64,000 nucleotides of DNA from an uncultured euryarchaeote. Lineage in GTDB: Archaea; Thermoplasmatota; Poseidoniia; Poseidoniales; Poseidoniaceae. Positions 19,847-28,609 of the stretch are shown here, one piece after another. The position numbers and the translations under genes are program-made. Under the pieces are notes generated by a model that ran no database searches, was not told the origin of the DNA, and was given only the letters and a program-made list of their open reading frames with translations. Positions within the stretch are counted from its first letter, which is position 1; every line of letters begins with the position of its first letter. Location of the stretch: the NCBI GenBank assembly GCA_937899865.1, contig CALBRH010000054.1, positions 14,346 to 78,345 on the forward strand, in the 5' to 3' direction.

Positions 19847-20839
19847 ATGACCCAGTTAGATTTTAATCAATTCCGTAGCGGTAGCGAGTTACTCAAAAGA
19901 GGGCTTGCAAGAATGCAACAAGGTGGCGTCATTATGGACGTAGTTAATCCTGAGCAAGCCGCAATAGCTGAAGATGCTGGAGCAGTTGCAGTAATGGCAC
20001 TTGAAAGAGTTCCTGCAGATATTCGAAAGCAAGGTGGAGTCGCAAGAATGAGCCACCCAGACATGATTCAAGGAATCCTTGATTGTACATCTATTCCAGT
20101 TATGGCTAAATCAAGAATCGGGCATGAAGGTGAATCAAGAGTGTTAGAGTCTATGGGCGTCGATATGATTGATGAATCAGAAGTACTAACTCCTGCAGAC
20201 CCATTTTTCCACATTAACAAAAAAGATTTTGATATACCATTTGTATGTGGTGCAACCGAATTATCAGAAGCGGTTCGTCGAATATATGAGGGTGCAGCGA
20301 TGATTAGAACAAAAGGTGAAGCAGGTACTGGTAATGTAGTTGCAGCGGTCACACATGCTAGACTAATTGACCAAGAGATCAAACAAATGCAAAATTTGGA
20401 TGACGAAAAATTGTCATTAGCTGCTGATTCAATTATCTCACGTTACAGAGTCTTAGCAGACAAGTCATCGCTGCCAGGAACATATGACATGACCCCATTT
20501 GGGCCAATTGATGGTGACATGCACAACGAAATAGTAGAGATTCTATCAGAGGTTAAAGAATATCAAAGATTACCAGTAGTTACCTTTTCAGCAGGTGGCA
20601 TAGCTACACCAGCAGATGCATCCTTGATGATGAGAATGGGAATGGATGGAATCTTCGTTGGTTCTGGTATTTTCAAATCTGAAGATCCTAAAACTATGGC
20701 TGATGCAATAGTTCTTGCAACACATCATTATGATGATGGCGCCAAGGTTGCTGAAGCAATGGCTATGACTGAAGGTAGCCCAATGAAAGGCGATGAATTA
20801 GAGACTCTAGAAATTCGCTTGGACCAGCGTGGTTGGTAA
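19847..20839 (+). CDS. pdxS: Pyridoxal 5'-phosphate synthase lyase subunit
   Basis: [57 protein letters not shown]. Confidence 0.97.
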   Translation: MTQLDFNQFRSGSELLKRGLARMQQGGVIMDVVNPEQAAIAEDAGAVAVMALERVPADIRKQGGVARMSHPDMIQGILDCTSIPVMAKSRIGHEGESRVLESMGVDMIDESEVLTPADPFFHINKKDFDIPFVCGATELSEAVRRIYEGAAMIRTKGEAGTGNVVAAVTHARLIDQEIKQMQNLDDEKLSLAADSIISRYRVLADKSSLPGTYDMTPFGPIDGDMHNEIVEILSEVKEYQRLPVVTFSAGGIATPADASLMMRMGMDGIFVGSGIFKSEDPKTMADAIVLATHHYDDGAKVAEAMAMTEGSPMKGDELETLEIRLDQRGW

Positions 20840-20881
20840 ATTAAACAATTTGTTTAATGACTCCAGACTTCATCAAACTAT

Positions 20882-21940
20882 TTATGATGATGAGACTTTT
20901 TGATCATTTAGTATTGTACCTTTGTCAATTGTTACATTATCACCAATTACACAATTAAACAATTCACAACTATCGCTGATAGTTACATTTTCCCCAATAA
21001 TTGATTCTATAATCTTACAGTTATCACCAATTTTCGAGCCACTCATAACTAAACTGTCAACAAGATTTGACTTTTTACCAACAATAGAATCTTCACATAC
21101 CACTGTGGTCAAAATAGGTGATGCTGATGTTGAGTTTCCAATTATATAGCCCAATTCTGGTGTCAACTCGCCATCGGGTAAATCAAATGGCAACATTTTG
21201 GAATTTTTGACTAGATGATTTTGAGCTTTAATCAATTCTTTTGGAGTGCCCACATCAAACCAAACCCCATTTAATTTAATACCAAATAACGGATAACCAA
21301 GTTTCAATAAATGTGGAAATAACTCTTTACTAAAGTCGTACTTGGTATCTTTAGGAATATATTTCATTACTTCTGGTTCGATTATGTATAATCCTGCATT
21401 TATGACATTACTAAATGCTTCTTCTTGTTTTGGTTTTTCCAAAAATTTACTTATGTAACCTTGACTTAATGAGCCATCTACTTCTCCATTCTGAGTCTTT
21501 GACAAACCAACAATACCAAACTGGGTTGGATCTTCTACCTCCCATAGTGCCATTGTAACTTTAGCATTTGATGACTTGTGAGCATCAATTATTATTGAAA
21601 GGTCTGATGACAAAATTGCATCACCTGAAGCGACAATAAAGGTTTGAGTTAGTTTATCCTCGAGTAATTTGACGCTACCTGCAGTACCCATTGGAGTACT
21701 TTCTTGATTTACTGAGCAAGTTGCTTGTAAATTCATATCCCAAGTATTGACAAGGTTTTGTAATCCCTGACCCTTGTACCCAGTGGTAACAATAATTTCA
21801 TTGACATCGCTTTTGATTAGCGCATTTTTGACATAATCAATTACTGGCATCCCTAATACATTTACTAATGGTTTAGGTTTGTTTTCAGTTAGAGGATATA
21901 GCCTTGTGCCTTTTCCACCAGCCATAATTATGCCAAGCAT
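20882..21940 (-). CDS. NDP-sugar pyrophosphorylase (mannose-1-phosphate guanylyltransferase-like)
   Basis: MAGGKGTRLYPLT..PKPL, GTAGSV, FLEKP, INAGLY, WFDVGTP; C-terminal left-handed beta-helix repeats. Confidence 0.85.
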   Translation of the reverse strand: MLGIIMAGGKGTRLYPLTENKPKPLVNVLGMPVIDYVKNALIKSDVNEIIVTTGYKGQGLQNLVNTWDMNLQATCSVNQESTPMGTAGSVKLLEDKLTQTFIVASGDAILSSDLSIIIDAHKSSNAKVTMALWEVEDPTQFGIVGLSKTQNGEVDGSLSQGYISKFLEKPKQEEAFSNVINAGLYIIEPEVMKYIPKDTKYDFSKELFPHLLKLGYPLFGIKLNGVWFDVGTPKELIKAQNHLVKNSKMLPFDLPDGELTPELGYIIGNSTSASPILTTVVCEDSIVGKKSNLVDSLVMSGSKIGDNCKIIESIIGENVTISDSCELFNCVIGDNVTIDKGTILNDQKVSSS

Positions 21941-21949
21941 AGGCACACC

Positions 21950-22954
21950 TTATCTTCGTCTTGTTGCGTTAATATCGATTCTTCGCATGTTCTTTTTCTT
22001 TTCAGATTTCTTTGACTTGCCTTTACTGACGAAATCTTCTCTACTTAAGCCACCAAATGTGATGCTGCCATTAGAAAGCAATGACTGTGCTAATTCATCT
22101 GCAACCTTCTCAGACTGTGCACCTGTTTGCATTTCTTGAGCGACTGCTGCATTGTGGTCGGTCAGCCAAGACTTTCTCTCTTCCCTTACTGATTTCAATT
22201 CATCTCTGGCCTTGTTAACATCAACCATCAATTCATCTATTTTGGCATGAACTTCATTGGCTTTTTCCTTTAGTTCAACAAATTCTATATGGAATCTGTC
22301 GCCTTCCGACTTTAGGAAATCACGATGAGCAAATGCTTCATCTACTTCTGGAGTTTTAGCGTTGAGTCGCTCAACAGCTTGTATCATCTCATTATGGGCA
22401 GCATCTGCTTCAACCTTAAGAGTCTTAATAGCTGCGTCAATATCTGACATATCAACCTCAACCATCTTGAATTTGGTTACTTCCGGTTCCAACTCTTCGA
22501 TTCGCTTCGAAAATTCTTTGATTTTCTTAACCATTTCCTTTTCTTTATTTATACCAACTGAAGTTGTCTCAAATTTCTTCTCTAGTGAATCAACTTGTTG
22601 TTTCAAGTCAGCATATTCTGCAGTTGCAGAACGCTTGTTATTGTGATCTTTTCTCTTTCCCTTAATCTGAGAAATCAAATCTCTCATTTGGCTTTGAATT
22701 GTATTACGCTTTTCCTTGAAAGATTTAATCTCGGCTCGCATTGCTCTAACTTCAGTAACTAATAATTCGATTTTTACACGGTGCTCTTTGTATTGGCCTT
22801 GTACTGAATTTCTTTTCTCAGCAGAAACTTTTGCTTGAGCATTGAAATTGTTTCTTGTTTCACGCATCTTACGAACTTTAGTTTCCATTGCATGTAGTCT
22901 TTCACGTAAGTCTGCATCTGGCCTCTCATCGCCCTCATTCAGTCTACCGCGCAT
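21950..22954 (-). CDS. Archaeal coiled-coil protein (COG1340-like)
   Basis: Long heptad pattern with RN repeats (ETRNNFN, EKRNSVQ, EKRNTIQ), central LEKKFETTSVGINKEKEMVKKIKE, basic tail. Confidence 0.7.
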   Translation of the reverse strand: MRGRLNEGDERPDADLRERLHAMETKVRKMRETRNNFNAQAKVSAEKRNSVQGQYKEHRVKIELLVTEVRAMRAEIKSFKEKRNTIQSQMRDLISQIKGKRKDHNNKRSATAEYADLKQQVDSLEKKFETTSVGINKEKEMVKKIKEFSKRIEELEPEVTKFKMVEVDMSDIDAAIKTLKVEADAAHNEMIQAVERLNAKTPEVDEAFAHRDFLKSEGDRFHIEFVELKEKANEVHAKIDELMVDVNKARDELKSVREERKSWLTDHNAAVAQEMQTGAQSEKVADELAQSLLSNGSITFGGLSREDFVSKGKSKKSEKKKNMRRIDINATRRR

Positions 22955-23005
22955 GGTTAGTGGTATAGGTTTACCATTTCAAATTATGGCTTACCATAAA
23001 AAGCA

Positions 23006-24598
23006 TCAAACTATGATATATGTCAACAATGATGAAGAAATTATTGTTCCGACAAATCCAATCACATTGAACACTGTAGATGATGCTGACCTTATCTTTT
23101 CTTTGAAAACCGACCTTATTCTTACATTCATCTGTGAACCAGTAAGAAGTTCACCGCTTACTTCCTCAAGCCTAACACTTACTGTAGCCTCGCCGAATCT
23201 TTCTGGCAGCAATGTTTGCCAAGCGACCGTGCCGTCTCTAAGCAAAGCAGACATTATTGCAAGAATATCTTCATTCCCCGATTGTGAAAGTGGCACACCA
23301 GTATCAGGCCAAATCTTTTCTTCTCCAGGTTCAAGCAAGTATGTCAAAGCTAAGTCATGAGGCCTAAAATCAGGCGACTGTACTCTTAGAACAACGGTTC
23401 TTGACTCACTTGATAGGTTATGCATATAGGTGAATAAATTTGCTTTGCCATGTACTACATTCTCCATATCTACCTCAAAAATTATGTCATCCTTAATTGA
23501 TTTCCTACCCGAAGCCAAATCTTCCTCTATCCTACCAATCATACGGAAGAACGCAGGACATCGGTCTTGTAAGTGATCAATTATGACCAACCATTCTTCA
23601 ATTGTAAATACTTCATGACTTTTGACATATTCAACTCCGGCTTTGGTAAAAATTTCACCAAATTCTGAATCGACTGATGATAAATCAAGACCTTGAGAGT
23701 GCTTGTATAGAGTCATCATCATTTTCTCTCTAGCAAATCTTGGATCAACTCCACGTTTTACATGAGACTCTAGTTCTCCGACAAAGTGTTCATACTCTGA
23801 TTTCAACAATGGGTCTAACTGAGACTTAACCAAATCTGAGAATACCATGCCAAGAGTTGAAGGATGAATAGGAGAGTTATATGCATTTAACAAACCTGTC
23901 CTCTCAGCCATATTGAAAGTAGATGACCTGGTTGAAATATGCTGTCCTGTAGACAGGATTGTCAAAGAAAATGAAAGTGCTAAGAAATTTTTACCCATAT
24001 CGGTTTGAATGCCATAAAATGCGATTGCTGAAAGAGATAAAATCGATAATAATGCGCACATTAGGGAAAAGAAATGTTTAGTAACAGACCGTTTTATTGA
24101 TTCTTCTAAAGGCTCATAACCATGTAATGATTTAATCGAAAAGTGCTTCGATTGCGCTGATTTAACCTCTTTTTCAAATGTCCTAATTGTCAAATTCACC
24201 CTATGGCGATGCAAAGCTAGAGCAAGTATGTAACCAAGTAAAATTACGAAGGCAAGGGCAACTAGAATTGTTGAAAAACTCTGCCCCATAGTTGGTTCGA
24301 TGAAATCTACCCACCAATTTGGCGACGAATTGGCGTAAGCCCAAGCACCGAAGAATGCTAGAATTGCAAACCCAGGCAAGAATAACAGTAATCTAATTCC
24401 AAATGAGATTAATTGCCTATCAAAAGCATACAAAAAGGATTCATTATTCCATTTTGCTATTTGCTTTAATGATTTAGAACTAATATTCTTCACGGTTTCT
24501 GAGATTGTAGATTGATCTTCACTTTCTGTCTTTTCGTTTGAAGATTCTGATGATTTATCCTCTATTTCATCTAATTCATCAGGATTCGTATCAGTCAT
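23006..24598 (-). CDS. Hypothetical polytopic membrane protein
   Basis: Four N-terminal TM helices, a soluble domain with a beta-rich end, and a C-terminal TM helix. Confidence 0.7.
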   Translation of the reverse strand: MTDTNPDELDEIEDKSSESSNEKTESEDQSTISETVKNISSKSLKQIAKWNNESFLYAFDRQLISFGIRLLLFLPGFAILAFFGAWAYANSSPNWWVDFIEPTMGQSFSTILVALAFVILLGYILALALHRHRVNLTIRTFEKEVKSAQSKHFSIKSLHGYEPLEESIKRSVTKHFFSLMCALLSILSLSAIAFYGIQTDMGKNFLALSFSLTILSTGQHISTRSSTFNMAERTGLLNAYNSPIHPSTLGMVFSDLVKSQLDPLLKSEYEHFVGELESHVKRGVDPRFAREKMMMTLYKHSQGLDLSSVDSEFGEIFTKAGVEYVKSHEVFTIEEWLVIIDHLQDRCPAFFRMIGRIEEDLASGRKSIKDDIIFEVDMENVVHGKANLFTYMHNLSSESRTVVLRVQSPDFRPHDLALTYLLEPGEEKIWPDTGVPLSQSGNEDILAIMSALLRDGTVAWQTLLPERFGEATVSVRLEEVSGELLTGSQMNVRIRSVFKEKIRSASSTVFNVIGFVGTIISSSLLTYIIV

Positions 24599-24648
24599 AC
24601 TATGCCACCTTTAGTTAATTATGATTTTAATTTTAATGTTAACACTTT

Positions 24649-25302
24649 TTAGATAATTATCCTATCAGCAATTTCTTTGCTAAGTTGGACAGTCATGTCA
24701 GCAACCTGATACGAACCCTGTTCAATTGACTTAATCTCAGCCCCTACTGCAATATTCAAATTATTCAAAAAATGTATGTCTGATTTACCTGCAACTATCA
24801 TTTTGATAGTTGAAGATTCACCTTGAGAAAGTTGATTTAAATTTTTAAAATCTTGAATTGAAGTGTTTACTCTTGATTCAATATCTTCGGACATTGAAGG
24901 TATGGGAGTTCCACTTGGATCAATTTGAGGATTATTGAAGTATATTGTAAGAGCAACTTCTAGGTCGTCATCAATCGCATGCTCTAATCTGCAAGCCGTA
25001 GCATGTTGATTTCCATCAAATGGTAAATGCTGTAGCAGAACTTCAGCTAATCGATGGCGTCGCTTCATTTTTTTTCCATAAACCAACCCTTTGTCAGTTA
25101 ACGTAGAGCCTTTGTATGGAATATATTCCAAGTAGCCCTTAGAAGCCAGTCTTTGAACCATTTCAGTTGTTGAAGCAGGAGTCACTCTAAGCGCTTCTGC
25201 TAAATCTCCTGTCCTAACTCTAGCATCAGGGTCTTTTTCATAAAATTGATACATCATCTCAAGATACTCATCTTCAAATTCTTGAAAATGTCCTGCTGAC
25301 AT
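24649..25302 (-). CDS. DtxR/MntR-family metal-dependent transcriptional regulator
   Basis: EDEYLE, HTH LAEALRVTPASTTEMVQRL, RRHRLAE, ACRLEHAI, C-terminal FeoA-like domain. Confidence 0.9.
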   Translation of the reverse strand: MSAGHFQEFEDEYLEMMYQFYEKDPDARVRTGDLAEALRVTPASTTEMVQRLASKGYLEYIPYKGSTLTDKGLVYGKKMKRRHRLAEVLLQHLPFDGNQHATACRLEHAIDDDLEVALTIYFNNPQIDPSGTPIPSMSEDIESRVNTSIQDFKNLNQLSQGESSTIKMIVAGKSDIHFLNNLNIAVGAEIKSIEQGSYQVADMTVQLSKEIADRIII

Positions 25303-25333
25303 GTTATCACCCTTATATTATGCATTATTGAAG

Positions 25334-27829
25334 TTAACCATCTTTTGACTTAAAAATCATCTTACATGAGGGGCATCTAACTGAGCCATCGTATGATTCT
25401 GGGATTCTGAGACTTTGAGAACATTCTGGGCATGAAATCTCAACCTTTCCATCATTAATATCCTCTATTAACTCCTCTTCTTCTTGAACTTCTTCCTCAT
25501 CTATATCTTCTGAACCCACTTCGAAACTATGTGAACAATCAGGACATCTCACAGAACCTTGATAGTTTTCAGGAACTCGAAGTTGTCTGGAACAAACTGG
25601 ACAACTGATTTCAATCTTAACATCGGATAATTGAACAGACTCATTTTTGCGAGTTTTAACCTCTGACTTTGGCTTCTTTGGCTGTCTATTTGAATTCTCA
25701 CGAATTCGAATCATCAAAATAATTAGAGAAGATACTGCTAATCCTCCCAATATTCCTGACCAAGGAATAGTAAAACTATCAGATGATTCCTCTGTGACAA
25801 TTGATGAGAGGAAGATATTATCGATTTGCAGTGTATCACCACCATAATCCCACTTACAATTTAGTCTAACTTCATCTCCTTCTGGCCAAGCAAAACTAAA
25901 GGAAATTGTTTTAGATGACCCTGCAGCAATCGGTGTTGTGCTTGATTCTGCAAGTTTAAATCCATCTCTATCATAAAGAATAATTGTTCCACTTTCACCT
26001 GTAATAGAGCCTTGATTTTCCAACAACACTGTCACACTAGCTGTTTCACCTGCTACAGGACGGTTTGGATTCGATTGTGAATTGAAGCTGATTGTGTATT
26101 GAGGCCTATCTTGAGGTATAGATTTAGTAAATGAGGAGAATGAAGATTCTGATGTCCAATTTATCTCTTGAACTCTAATTATTACATACTCCGCATCTAC
26201 AAAACCAAAATTGAATGTATCGCCTGAAGAACCTGCACTAATTGTCATGTCAACATCATAAACAATCGTATCATCTAAGTTACTACCATATCCCAATTTC
26301 ACATTTATCTCCCGATCTATACCTGATGATAGATTAACCAGCCAATTGGCTGTCACTCCATCATCAATAGTCCATGAAACATCATATAATGACAGTTCAA
26401 AACTTTGCCTTTCCGAGACAGGAAGTAATATCTCACCAGATATATCATCAGCAATTTCACCATCAGTTGAATATAGTGACCAATTAAACTGTTCCGTACC
26501 AGAAACTAATATTGGAACAGTAATCGTAACTTCACCGGCCTCATCTGGCCCTAATGACACCATACTGCCTTGATAATTTCCTGCAGAGGATTCCATTTTT
26601 AGTGAAACATTACCTTGCTTTGTACCGGTATTTCTTACTAACAACGAGAATGTTGATTCATCCCCTACATGCCATGGCCCATCAGTTGTTGAAGGCGTAA
26701 AACTACCCGCATACTCGAATAATGCCGATTCGACAGTAAATGTCTCCGTTGAAGTATTAATCGATGATGGGTCAATTCTTTGACCTGACAAGTAACATAC
26801 TAATTCACCAGGCTTCAAAATAATAGTAAAGTCTACATTTGTATTCGAAGATGATTGAACAATTATTGCTGAATTATAAACAATTTCTTGATCGAATAAA
26901 CAGGTCTTTTCACCTGAAAAATCAACAGTACCATTATTGTAAGTTTGTACTGTAATCTCTAAATTTTCGCCAGAAACTAAATTCTGACCATCATAAACTA
27001 TTGAAGTTTCTAAAATTGGTAGTGGTGGAGGATTAACACTAGCAGTGAAATTTTGAAAGTTATCTGTAATGTAATCATCTATGGTCCCATTTAGGCTTAT
27101 CGATATCGAAAAGAAGCCCTCAAAAACTTGTACTGTTGAATTAAAATATACGATTTTTGTTGACATTCCATTGAGGTCAAATACCGCTGAAGATTGCTGT
27201 TCTGAGGTAATTCCGTTATCTAAAGATAAATTTACGCTTCCAGTCCAAAGATAATCTCCGCTATTGATTATGGGAATTTGAAGCTGAACAAAATCTCCAT
27301 CACTTAAGGAATAATTACCAGTTAATACAGAATTAGAATCAATCGATTCTAAGATAATTGATGATTCTGGTGCTATTGAAATATTTAGCGGATTCAATCT
27401 ATGAATCGTTCTTTGAAAATTCGAAATATCGTTTTGTGATTCAATACCTACATCACCTGTCAAGCCGACTGAAATTATTGTGTAGCCATAATTCAATGAT
27501 GTGAAATTATACGAAATCTCTTGTTGCACTCCCTCGACTAAATCATAAGATATGCTTGAGTTGATTAGTACGGTTCCATCTATGGCTGAGGCTTCAAAAT
27601 AAACCTGCCCAACATAATTTACTCCAAGCCCTTCATCGGTTGAAGAAAGGTTAAATTCTAATTCGAAATATGATTCATCGGTAGTTTGAAAGTCAACCAG
27701 GTTAATAGATTCTGATTCAATAGTAACTCCACCTCCACTTGCAGATGCTATAGGAGCATTAAATAGAAATAAAAAAGTCACAAAAATAGCAAAAAATGTA
27801 ACATAATTCCTGTTACAATCACCCGCCAT
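25334..27829 (-). CDS. CARDB/Ig-like surface protein with TM anchor and two C-terminal zinc ribbons
   Basis: Signal peptide, repeated Ig-like motifs (IINSG, YNNGT, VRNTG, LENQG), TM helix, then two CPxC-x15-CPxC repeats. Confidence 0.75.
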   Translation of the reverse strand: MAGDCNRNYVTFFAIFVTFLFLFNAPIASASGGGVTIESESINLVDFQTTDESYFELEFNLSSTDEGLGVNYVGQVYFEASAIDGTVLINSSISYDLVEGVQQEISYNFTSLNYGYTIISVGLTGDVGIESQNDISNFQRTIHRLNPLNISIAPESSIILESIDSNSVLTGNYSLSDGDFVQLQIPIINSGDYLWTGSVNLSLDNGITSEQQSSAVFDLNGMSTKIVYFNSTVQVFEGFFSISISLNGTIDDYITDNFQNFTASVNPPPLPILETSIVYDGQNLVSGENLEITVQTYNNGTVDFSGEKTCLFDQEIVYNSAIIVQSSSNTNVDFTIILKPGELVCYLSGQRIDPSSINTSTETFTVESALFEYAGSFTPSTTDGPWHVGDESTFSLLVRNTGTKQGNVSLKMESSAGNYQGSMVSLGPDEAGEVTITVPILVSGTEQFNWSLYSTDGEIADDISGEILLPVSERQSFELSLYDVSWTIDDGVTANWLVNLSSGIDREINVKLGYGSNLDDTIVYDVDMTISAGSSGDTFNFGFVDAEYVIIRVQEINWTSESSFSSFTKSIPQDRPQYTISFNSQSNPNRPVAGETASVTVLLENQGSITGESGTIILYDRDGFKLAESSTTPIAAGSSKTISFSFAWPEGDEVRLNCKWDYGGDTLQIDNIFLSSIVTEESSDSFTIPWSGILGGLAVSSLIILMIRIRENSNRQPKKPKSEVKTRKNESVQLSDVKIEISCPVCSRQLRVPENYQGSVRCPDCSHSFEVGSEDIDEEEVQEEEELIEDINDGKVEISCPECSQSLRIPESYDGSVRCPSCKMIFKSKDG

Positions 27830-27918
27830 ATAACTCTCAATTCGTTATGGTTATTGACCTTCACGCAAAACCATCCCCCTGCGCCATGTTTTTCAACATT
27901 GAATTTCACCCGCCGTAT

Positions 27919-28608
27919 ATGACACCCGAGGACTTACTACGTGTTGAGCCAGAAGTCCTTGCAAAATTAATTCTCCACAAACGAGAAAGAATTTCACAAT
28001 CACTACCAAAAATCATCGAATCATTAGGGGAAGAAAAGCACACTGCGGAGAATTTAGCACGAAAATCAAGAGCTGAAAAAGAAGACTTAGAGCCGAAGGT
28101 GAGTAACCTATACTATGAGCGAGCAAAGGTTGTTGCAGAACTCAATGACAAATTTGACACAATTAAATTTGAAAATGATGAAAAAGATAGGTTTGATGAA
28201 ATTTCTGAAAAACTTAAGTCAAAACAAACGAGTGTTGAAAATTTTAATAAAATTCTTTCTGAAATCGTAGAACTTTGTTCAAAATATGGTGGAAAGATTG
28301 AGCAATTAACCTCATATAAATCTTCAATGAAGGCTAATGATGCATTATCCGAAATAATTGATGATTTTGAAAATGCCAAAAACAGATGGAATGAAAATGA
28401 ATCTAACAGACGCAGATTAGAATCAAAATTCACCAAACTATCTACGAATCTAAGAGATTCAAGTACCTCCAAAGATTATTGGCAAGATAAGTTGAATTCA
28501 GATTTTGAAGATTTATTGATTGATGCCAAACGTGTTGCTGAAGGAGGGCTTTCTAGTAGACAGCTGTCCCGTAACAATAAAGGTAAAAATAACTCAAGGA
28601 GGCCTTAA
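27919..28608 (+). CDS. Coiled-coil protein
   Basis: Helical heptad pattern and basic tail. ATG 27919 preferred because it leaves room for the divergent promoter; the stop lies 1 nt before the next gene's TTG. Confidence 0.7.
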   Translation: MTPEDLLRVEPEVLAKLILHKRERISQSLPKIIESLGEEKHTAENLARKSRAEKEDLEPKVSNLYYERAKVVAELNDKFDTIKFENDEKDRFDEISEKLKSKQTSVENFNKILSEIVELCSKYGGKIEQLTSYKSSMKANDALSEIIDDFENAKNRWNENESNRRRLESKFTKLSTNLRDSSTSKDYWQDKLNSDFEDLLIDAKRVAEGGLSSRQLSRNNKGKNNSRRP

Positions 28609-28609
28609 C

